From Psammoneis japonica (lineage: Eukaryota): DNA of 64,000 bases. Below the pieces are notes generated by a model. That model was not told the origin of the DNA and did no database searches. It saw nothing but the letters and a program-made list of their open reading frames with translations. Both the position numbers and the translations under genes were made by a program. Shown here piece by piece: positions 35,501-45,099 of the stretch; positions within the stretch are counted from its first letter, which is position 1, and every line of letters begins with the position of its first letter. Location of the stretch: the NCBI GenBank assembly GCA_008632985.1, contig QPGO01000030.1:310001-374000 (forward strand), written 5' to 3'.

Positions 35501-38060
35501 TTGAGGCAAGCCGGGGGGGGGGCATGTTTTCAATGTGGCATCTCTTCACCATGATTGCTTCTTTGGTCAATTTCAACCATGCAATTGGTTTTGTCAGTTT
35601 CAAAGACATCTGGGAATCTGTTTTGCAGGAGAGACTCTGTTGGATCATTTTGTCATGTTGCCCTGAAAAAGCCAGGTGAGGGGGTGCTTCACACAGATCA
35701 ACTCTGTGTGAGTGCCTCAATGATGGCACTTTCCATCATGACATTTTGCTGGGACAATGTCTTTCTTGCATGCTTGGCAAGGATGAAACATCAGAGTTGG
35801 CTGTGCAGCCATTTTCACTTTGAGCCATGGACACACAAGTGTGGCACAACATGCAGCAGCAGTGACAAGAGGAAGGAACAATTTGTCCCATGATGCATGT
35901 GAAGTGCAGTTGTCAGAAGTGGCAACCTCTGCAGAGCATGAAGCCTTTGGGACAGTGCGCAAAGGTGGCACCCTCTTCTTCTGATGGGGCAACATTTGAA
36001 GGAATCTCTGCAATCAGGTGTGTGGTGGTGTGCTCACCTTTGGCAAGAAAAACACAACAAAGGGAAACAGTCAAGACAACAGCTCTCTGTGCATGTCAAA
36101 AGGAAAGAAATCCAAACAACAACCCCCAGCCCTTTGCTGCAGATCAAGAATCCAAGGCACCACAACACTTTGAAAAGACACCTTCAAGGGTGGCTTTCAA
36201 GCTCTCCTTTGGTGCTTCGCAAAAGTGTGTGTTGAGCTTGCCCCCCAATGTGAGAAGCAAAAGCCTGCTTTTGGCTCACAACAAAAACTGCAGAAGGCCC
36301 CATGTGCTGCCAAAACCTTTTACAAATCACCAGTGTGTCTCAACCATTCATGTCCTTGTTGGCAAAGATTTCTTTCTAGACCATCTCTGCAAATGTGCAA
36401 TCACAACAACACCAACATCAAGAAGGAGAGATTGAAACCAGCATCAATGAGAAAGTTTTTGTCCAACCTCAAATGTGATGACTTTGTTCAAAAGCTCATG
36501 CTCCACCAGTGTGTCAGTCATTCTGCCAGCACAGGCCATCTGCTTCTGGGCTTGCTCAATGGAGGCCACCAAACTGCTCACCTTCAACAAAGCCACTTGA
36601 CCAACACAGGGTTGCTCAATGTAGACAAGTCAATCACACAAAGGGCATGTTGCTGGGTGGAAGCTTTGGCAAGGGCCACAGTCTTGAATGACAGCATTTC
36701 ATTGCAACCCTCATGAAGTTGAAGACCTCCTGTGGCAAAAAAGATTGTGGGACTTTTCAGTGGAACAAGCAACAGCCTTAACTGGAGGGGTTGGTGGGAG
36801 GGACATTGTTGTTTGAAGGTGCTGTGCAGCTGTGTCTGTGCTGATGCCACTTCCACAGGGGGGTGAGCAGGGAGATTGTGGCCTGCACAGCAGCGTGCTG
36901 CTTGGCTGCCAATGTGACCACCTTTGCAACCCCCTTGATGTGTGCTCCAAAGGCCAGGCATGACAAAGTTGCAGCAGGGATGTGCAAAAACAGAGTCCCC
37001 TGTGCTTTGGTGATGTTGCAGATCAGTTTGAAAGGTGGCCGCTGGGTTGCAACAGTCTCCTCCTGTTCCAGTGCTCTGTGAGTGCACTGCACAAATTTCA
37101 CTCTTGACAACACTGCTTGAATGTCACAACAACCAAGATGTGGCTCTGCAACCTGAACACACATGCAAAATTAACCCAAGACAAAACAGCCACACAGCCC
37201 CTTTCAGCCAGGGCCCCTCAGCAACCCAGCCATGACTTCTGTTTGTGGCTGGGGTTGTTGGCTCTCATTGCAAAATGACAAGGAAGTCTCACACATGCAT
37301 TGATGCATTGACAAAAAGAACTTCTGAATCAACAAAAAAGAAGACAAAAGCAAAAACTGTGGGGTGCATTTGTTGAGTTGATGCACATGATGATTCAATG
37401 AACAAGATTCAAGCTGTGAAAACCCATGCCAACAAACACAAATCAAGGCAAAAGAAACTCAAAAACATGACACCAGATGACTCCTTCAAAGGCTGACCTG
37501 CTTGGCTCCAGGAAAATCAAATGGCACCATCGCTCAAAACAAAATGAGAGACAGACTTTGCCCCTGTGTGCTGAGGTTCTTGCACAAGTCTCCAACAAAG
37601 AGCTGGCTTTGATGCCTCTGGAAGCTGCACCTGCCACAGGCTCACACCTTTCAGCTCTGGCAATGTTGAAAGAATGAGGAGATGGCTGGCATGCAAAGTG
37701 GCAACATTGCTGGCAAAAGAACAGCAGCGGGTGTTGGCAGATGAGTGCGCACGTTTTTTTTTTTTTGCTCTTCTTGTGTGGGTGCACAGTGTGAGATGTT
37801 GAGTTGTTTTTTGAAGCTGCAGCCAAGGCATCTCTCTTGGCTTTTGCAAGTGAGCTTCTGGGGCACATGTTTGCAAAGATCCTGATGCTGCTGGGGCTGT
37901 GCTCGCACAAGTGGGGGTGCAGATCAGGCTGCTGTTTTTGAGCACGCGTGTTCATCCACAAACAGCAGCTGGCACTTCCCCCCCCCCCCCCCCAGCCCAA
38001 TGGCCCGATGCCGCAGTTGACACAGGTTGGGTTTCATTGTCGCCAACAACGTCATCGAGG
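29600..38060. mobile_element. TpA/CpG-depleted island 2: decayed element(s) with a nested tandem array
   Basis: Near absence of TA and CG with a TG/CA excess. All ORFs are short and almost Tyr-free. Poly-C at ~37978-37993. Confidence 0.7.
30075..36330 (+). repeat. Higher-order tandem duplication (A-B1-A-B2-B1-A-B2), main period ~2.7 kb
   Basis: Block A (cctttgcagctgtttgacaagctcaag) starts at ~30075, ~31859 and ~34570. Block B (gttttctgcaRaatgaagcacaaactc) starts at ~30852, ~32635, ~33622 and ~35344. 31859-33620 is near-identical to 34570-36330. Confidence 0.92.
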
Positions 38061-38399
38061 GAATGACAGCTAGCTAGCTAGCTAGAGCCACCACTGGCTA
38101 CTAGAGTAGAGAGCAGTTTTGGCTTGCGAAATTGAGTGCGTCGTCCGCTTGCGTGCACGCTTGTCCGAATTTTGCGCAATGTTGCGAAGCATCATCATCG
38201 CTCCATCAACTCGCTCTCGCACTCATCAACACGCCGCTGCTTTATTTCACCTTCAAACTTCACAGTCAAGCCAGAGACATGGCGAAGGATCGAAGCTGTG
38301 CCGATATTAATAAGAAGCTAGGCAATCAAGAAGAACGTAATATCAGGGGCGAAAGACATCGGGGTGGTAGAATCATCAAAACTACAGTAGGTCACAATC

Positions 38400-39953
38400 A
38401 TGGGCTCTAACTCTCAAACCTTTACAAATCAACTCCCAACGTCGCGCCTGGGCCAACGTCACGAGACGCGTGAATCATTCAATGCAGCAGTTTCGCTAAG
38501 ACCTTGCAAATCGAAACAATTCTCCCTGGTTGTGGTAACGGAACCTCATTGCCGGCGAATACTACTCGGAATGAAACACCGTGGCTTTGGAAAGGGCATG
38601 TTCAACTCATTCGGTGGCAAATTATCGGAGGGAGAGACCGACGTGCAATGCGCATCTCGAGAATTAGCAGAAGAGTGCGGAATCAGCGTGCCAGCTTCGA
38701 CAATGAAACATCTCAAGGTTGGGGTACTCCATTTCACCTTCGAAGATGACCCAGATGAGATGTTGGTGCACGTTTTCCGTCTTGATATTTCTTGCTCTTC
38801 GCAGAAGGGCAGCCACGAGTATTTTCGTGTTGACCCGCAGTGCATTCGAGGATGCGAAGAGATATCTCCCAAGTGGTTCGAAGACTGGCGCGCGATACCG
38901 CTGGACAATATGTTTGCAGATGATTCTGTCTGGCTCACCCGTCTTCTCTCGATTGGCGTTGAACAACAAGTGTGGTTTGATGGATTCTTCCACTTCAAAC
39001 CAGGAGGACAGGCAGTGAACAGCGTGCAGGACTACTACATGTCTTTCAAGATAAAAACTCAAGACAGAGCACTACGGAACGCCAACGGGCTATCTCTCAA
39101 AAAGAGGTTATTCCATGCTCTTCGTTCTAATAAAATACGCTCACCGTCCGTAAAAGAGTTCGAAGAGAGTTATGCTTTCACTAATGCTGTCCGTTCGGCT
39201 TTTGGCAAGAACGAAATCGATGTTGTCATTGACGTGGCTGGGGGGCATGGTGCTATTTCTGCACTCATGCTTGTTACTACATCCGCGAACGAAGCTGTCG
39301 TCATAGATCCAGCAAAGGTTGGAAACGGAGGCGTCGAAAAAGCGTTTGGACCATACTACAGCGGAAAAATTATCCGCTACCGGCACGAGTGCTTGCGGAC
39401 AGGACTTCCGGAGGAGTTGAAGTTGCAACTAGGAAAGACTAGCAGAAGGCGCATCTTAGTGATCGCGTGTCATGCGTGTCAACACCTTTCAGATGAAACT
39501 GTTCGCATTGCAATCACTTTTGGTGTCCATGTCGCAGTCATGCCTTGTTGTCAGAAGGACCAATCGCCGGGCTCTTCCTGGAAGGCTGCGAGCAAGAATC
39601 TTTCGATTCCTGTTGAAACTGTCATGGACATTTTACTCGCTGGTAAAGCCATGTCATGGGATATTGGTGCCTCATATGATGTACGCTTAAGGACAATTGA
39701 CCGCGGCATCACTCCCCAGAACAGAATCATTGTTTGCCGTGCAAAGGATGATAATATAGCTTCGACTACCCTGACAGTTGAAAGGGCACACGAGAAGTTG
39801 CAGAAAGTTTATAAGAAGGCACACAGCAACAGCCAGAGGGAGAAGAGTCGAAACGGTACAAAAGTGACACGTATTTCATACCAATGCCTTGCGAGTGGCG
39901 CTCTAGGATTCGCAAGTTGTTTCTTGGTGATGTGTTTGTATCAAAGAAAATAA
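38400..39953 (+). CDS. NUDIX hydrolase (MTH1/NUDT1-like) fused to a SAM methyltransferase-like domain, with a C-terminal TM
   Basis: LLGMKHRGFGKGMFNSFGGK...RELAEECG Nudix box and IPLDNMFADD. Then IDVAGGHG, ACHACQHLSD and MPCC methyltransferase-like motifs, and a hydrophobic C-terminus. Confidence 0.85.
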   Translation: MGSNSQTFTNQLPTSRLGQRHETRESFNAAVSLRPCKSKQFSLVVVTEPHCRRILLGMKHRGFGKGMFNSFGGKLSEGETDVQCASRELAEECGISVPASTMKHLKVGVLHFTFEDDPDEMLVHVFRLDISCSSQKGSHEYFRVDPQCIRGCEEISPKWFEDWRAIPLDNMFADDSVWLTRLLSIGVEQQVWFDGFFHFKPGGQAVNSVQDYYMSFKIKTQDRALRNANGLSLKKRLFHALRSNKIRSPSVKEFEESYAFTNAVRSAFGKNEIDVVIDVAGGHGAISALMLVTTSANEAVVIDPAKVGNGGVEKAFGPYYSGKIIRYRHECLRTGLPEELKLQLGKTSRRRILVIACHACQHLSDETVRIAITFGVHVAVMPCCQKDQSPGSSWKAASKNLSIPVETVMDILLAGKAMSWDIGASYDVRLRTIDRGITPQNRIIVCRAKDDNIASTTLTVERAHEKLQKVYKKAHSNSQREKSRNGTKVTRISYQCLASGALGFASCFLVMCLYQRK

Positions 39954-41115
39954 GTCTCCAACTTGGATGCCCAAAACCGCGTCGTCCAACAGTGCACAGC
40001 CGCAGGAGGAGAGCAAGCCTTTTCAGTACCCTTATATCACGACCGCTGCTTGATGAATCATCGTCACCGGAGCAGCAAGGTTCCGACGTATGAATTCATT
40101 TCTCGTCTGAACCAAGATTTAACATGCCTGCAATTCTCCATAGTTCCCTACAGAAAGGACAAATCAAGCTAGAGTCTTGCGGGACAGATCGTGGAAGAGG
40201 ACTGCGGTATGGGAACTTCACGGATTCTCATCGCCGAGGAAGCAAGCGAGTACAGAAGTTACCAGCTCTCCCGAAGGGAATGTATCGAAATGTGATGGTG
40301 TTTGGCATTGGAGAGGACGGCCGAAATGCGCCTCGAGAAGGTAGAGTACACACGCGACAAGTCCAGGCTACTGTATTGCCGCCACTGTTATAGCAACCGA
40401 ATTGGATCCGAGATTAAGTTTCAACAAGGGTAAACATTTGTCTCGTTTCTACTTTTGTAACGCGTTAGGGCTGCTCTAGCAGAATATCTCGTACCGTGGC
40501 CTATAACATGTCGGCCTAATCGGATTGCCCACAATTAACTTCCAGGAGATACCTTTTCAAGCTACAAGTCAACTAATGGTGCGCACCAAATACACAAGGC
40601 AGTACCCGTTGACCAATTTTGGTTACCAATAAAAAGGAAAGAAAGGAAGATGACGGAAGATGGATATACACAGTGCGACGTCCGTTCTAGCTGGAAAAGC
40701 TTTAGTAAAAGAAATAATGGTTGTTTTGATGTTGAGTAGGATTGCTCTATATTTTATTTCCTTTTTTTGTTCTAAATCGCTGGATAGAGTAGAATTCTTC
40801 CCTTGAAAACCAGTGCTTCCCAACAACGATACAAATCGCTTATTGAACTCTATGATCCTGTGAGTTGGTCACAACCGACTGATTCGTTTCAGTTGCTTCA
40901 CCAAAATGGATCACGGTATCAGAGATACCTCTTCTTAAAAAGTAGAATTCTTCCGCAGATTCGTCACGTTGCTACGAGTCGGTAAACCAAAAACTCCATT
41001 CAATCCCATTCTAAGTTGCAATCCTTCCCTCGAGAACCCCTCTTGAAAACGTATTGATGCCATAACACTTATAGACTCTGCCACTGGATGAATATTGACT
41101 GACCCCTGTTTGTCC

Positions 41116-41721
41116 TTAGGCGGCTTTTCGACGATTAGCCCAGACCCTTTCCTTGCGCTTGGCGGCTTGCGCTTCTTGACGCATGCGGTGTAGAAGCGGA
41201 ACATCTTCGTCCGGTCGACGTCGGCGGAGGCGGAGCTTCTTCTGAGCAGCGGGCTTTTCGCTTTTACCAAAGCGACGTTCGTTGATGATTTTTTGACGTG
41301 CCAACGCTTGTATCTTTCGACGATCAAAGGGTGACTCACGTTCCTTGTCCTTCGAACGTCTTTTAGTCTTGCGGACTTTGCGGATGGTGCGTTTGTAAGT
41401 GGTCATGGCGGTTTTGGGCACTTTCGTTTCACGGGAAGAGTCGTCAAGATCGTCAGAATGGCTGGCAGGGCTCGTTCGCTTTCTCTTTTTATTGTTCGAC
41501 CGCTCGGTAGGAATCTGGATCGGAATCGTCTTGGATGGCTTGGTCTGAGGGACTCGGAAAGTCGCGACGCACTTCTTGTCGACGTTCGAAAGTTGAACGG
41601 CTTGCTTCAACGCGATGAAGACGGCAAAGGCAAAGAGCGCATGTTCGATGGGGAATGGAACAGCACCGCCAAGGAGGATAGTAAAGAGCGCCATGGTGGA
41701 AAGAAGAAGAGAGGTCTGCAT
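41116..41721 (-). CDS. Hypothetical protein (two N-terminal hydrophobic segments, basic tail; possible frameshift)
   Basis: 201-aa ORF. An overlapping ORF at 40935-41339 may be its true C-terminus. Confidence 0.4.
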   Translation of the reverse strand: MQTSLLLSTMALFTILLGGAVPFPIEHALFAFAVFIALKQAVQLSNVDKKCVATFRVPQTKPSKTIPIQIPTERSNNKKRKRTSPASHSDDLDDSSRETKVPKTAMTTYKRTIRKVRKTKRRSKDKERESPFDRRKIQALARQKIINERRFGKSEKPAAQKKLRLRRRRPDEDVPLLHRMRQEAQAAKRKERVWANRRKAA

Positions 41722-44700
41722 GATGATTGATATACCGGAGTAGTAAGACTAAGTCGATGCTTTGATCAAGTGGTCAACTTCGGAATTGTGAGAGGATCAG
41801 CGTGATTGATGTTTCGACGCTTGCTCGGATGGGATTGCTTCGACATACTAGACTTTTCGTACATTCTACGGACTAACGATTTATCGTCAAAACCATCCGT
41901 CAATCACGAAAGAATAGCGGGCGGGCAGGTTTTGTACACAAAAGGTGATAGTACAATGATCATACCATGCCCTACGCCGCTTGATGCGTAAGGCCAACAA
42001 ACGCTCATCAGACTTCATAAACACGCATTTTCGTAGCAGTCATATACAACGTTGAATGAGAAGATAACATTTTCTTGGTCATGGGAAGTGGGCGGAGGAA
42101 CTTCTTCTCACTGACTTTGAACTAACTACAACCCTCTGTTCCATCTTCAAGCCACTGTGCTGTTGTCCATCCCATTGTCTCTTGCAGCCTGTCTTACATC
42201 TTGGTGTTCTTGGCTGTGCTGTCATCACATTGTGCACTCCAGTCATTGTCATCATCAGAGGGGGAGGTCAATGCAGGCCCTGCATGGCTCCATTTGGTTT
42301 TCTTGCATTTGATGTGCACCAACCAAACACAATTTGATCAACCTCCATTGTTTTGATGGAGCCTCATTTGATTCCTGTGGCACCTGCAACAACCCAGCAG
42401 GAGCTGAAGCACGAGTTGCAGAGTTCCCAAATTTGGCATCATTCATCCTCTCCACAAATGATGTGGATTGCCCTCAACTCTCCAGCTCCTGCCATTTGCC
42501 CAAGGGCATTGCATGTGCACCATCTTTTCCAGCGATGCTGAGTTTTGCAGGATTTTTGTCTGCTCTTTTCTCCCACAATGCTCCAGCTTGACCAGGCTGC
42601 AACAAACAATTCAACTTGTGTCTTTCTTGCCACAATTTTTTGTTGCCATGTGTCGCCCCTCTGCTCTCCACACACTGGGTGCCAATTTGACCCTCCTCAT
42701 TTTGTGCATCTGATGAGTCTTGCACTGTTGAGCACCACAGTTTTGTGGCTCCTTCCATTTCATCATCAAGGGTGTGAGCCTTTGGTGTCTTTCTGGCTTG
42801 ATCTCTGGCAGAACAGCTGTTGATTTCACCTGCGACTTTTTTTGCCACACTCAAAGCACAAGCACAATGGCATCTTCCGTCAACCCAGGCAGGTGTGCCA
42901 GAGATTGGCTGGCCATCAAGTCTTCTCCTTGTTGCACTCTTTTTTGTTGTGCACAGCTTCACAAAAGATTGTGAAGTGAGTTGACGATTGCATGCCAGTG
43001 CATTTTCAAGAATGACTGGCGCACAAAGTGTTGCTTGTGATGCTGGCATGGCACAACACTCACAGGCTGCCTTTTTTTTGTCTGTGTTCAGACAAGGCAA
43101 GGAAACACCATGAAAAAGTCAAGGCTCAAGAGATGAAAAGCAGAGTGCAAGTTGACAAAAAGCCCAAACCAAGGAGCACCAGGGGGCTGTCTCTGCATTC
43201 TGCCACAAGACCAAGGTTGGCATCAATCTTTGGACATCTGACACTTGTGAGGATTTGTGACAGCAGCTTTTTTTGCTTTGTGCAAAGCAAAGAAGTCTCA
43301 CACAGCAAGAAAGTTTCTAACAGCAGACTCAGACTCATGGTTGGTTGAGTCTCAGGATCCTTCTTCTCTGTGCATGCAGTCAATGCCGTCATTGACAATT
43401 TTTTTCAGTCACTTGCTGGCGCACTCTCTGGAGAGCTGCCAGTGAAGTCAAGTGATGACTTTGTACAGCCTGCTGCACAGGTCATGTCTTGCAACATCCA
43501 ATTTGAAAGCCAGGGCATGATGATGCCAAGATTCATCAACAGACAAAGGGGGCTTGTCTGCTCCTGTGGGACAGATCATTTTGTGTGTCTCAGCACGCCT
43601 GTGAGCAACTCATTGCACACCATCAAAGTGCAGCTCACCAGCAGACAACCAATCACAAGGCTGAAAAGCTTTGCTTGAATGACTTGCCAAGATTTTTCAG
43701 CTGCCTTGGCTGAGACTGAAGCTTCTGATGCACTTGAAAGCTGGGGAGCATTGTCGCTGTGGAGTGTGAATTGTTGTGCCATCCACTTCGCAACTTGTGC
43801 AACCCAGAACTCATGTTGTCAATTGCAGCTGCAGCACCACCATTTGCACAACAACCAATTGATGGCAGAGCTGCTGGACATTGACACAACTTGTGCCAGT
43901 GACTTTGTTGCATCATTGTGCTGTTGTTGGTGATTTCCAAAAATGTGCTGACTTCTCGATGCTGCAAGAGGCAGGCAGGAGCGACATTTTGTGCTGCCAA
44001 GAAAACAAGCTTTCTTTTGTTGTTTCTTGTTCAAAACACTGTCAACAACTCCATTGTGTGCAGCCAAGCAGTGTGAAGCCAAGGTTTCTGGAATCAGTTG
44101 TGGAGCAAGATGAGCAATCAAATGAGTCACCGCATCATGCACCAATGGTTTGCAATGAGCCCACGCTTTGGAAAGGGGGCTGGCAAAAGAAAAGAGTTGC
44201 CTGAGCATCTTGTTTGTCTCATCTGCACTTTGTGGCCCAGACAAGCAATGCAGCCAGTTTCCAAGAGAGCACGGGGAGTGCCAATGGCAACACTGCCGCA
44301 GTTTCAAGATGCCAGGAGCTGGAAGCAAAATGACAGGCACACCACCAACAAAACCATTTTGGCTCCACAAAGATGATCAGCAACAAATGCTGCTGCAGCA
44401 TTGCTTCAAATGATGGGGCAACCTGCACACTAATTTGCAAACATGTGGGGAGCCAATGGCAAAAATGCTGCAGTTCCAAGACGACCATCAACAGAGCAAA
44501 CCTGAAAATTAATTTGCCAGCAAAGTGCTCAAAACTTGAGCCAGTCATCTTCATCAAACCACACAGAGACCACAGCACACATGCTTTGATTTTGTGTCCT
44601 TGGCAAGCCACACTTGCTTGTTGTGTGACCTGTCTTGGAGCAGCTTTGGCGCAGCTGTGCTGGCACAACTTTTTCAGAGGCTTGCACTTGTTCTCTTCTG

Positions 44701-44819
44701 CTGGCTTCCTTTTCACATGTTTTTTTGCTTCTTTGTGCTGCTGCTTTGTTTCTCTGCATGTTTCTGACTGCATGTGCACTGTGCTCAAAGAACAAGCACA
44801 AACAAAAAAGGAGTTCCCC

Positions 44820-45085
44820 CAATGGCCCAAAGCTTTTGCACTGCTTCTGTGGAGCAAACGCCTTGCGGAGAATCAGATCATGACAACAGATTGTCTGGAT
44901 GTGATCAACATTGACATCTTGTGTGTTGTCATCATCTTCCAATTGCATTTGCAGTTTTTGACATCTGACCACAGCTGTGTGATTGATCTGTCCTTTGCAC
45001 GCATCCACAATTGTGGTGCAATTGATGACACACATGACAATGTGTGATCACAAACATGCACAATTCCACGCAATTCCTTCTGCTT
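44820..45085. repeat. LTR-like direct repeat, copy 1
   Basis: 44821-44901 matches 47837-47918, and 44895-45085 matches 48957-49137. The two copies bracket the gypsy coding relic. Confidence 0.7.
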
Positions 45086-45099
45086 CACAGTGCATGCTG

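Noticed and set aside
30075..36330. CRISPR array
   Set aside because: The repeats are kb-scale with no short repeat/unique spacer pattern, and the context is eukaryotic.
39960..41100. RNA gene or CDS in this long intergenic stretch
   Set aside because: No tRNA/rRNA signature or convincing ORF is visible by eye.
42130..44800. Assigning a transposon family to the left part of island 3, and to the island 2 unit
   Set aside because: No motif could be recognised with confidence. A de-mutated consensus and a profile search would be needed.
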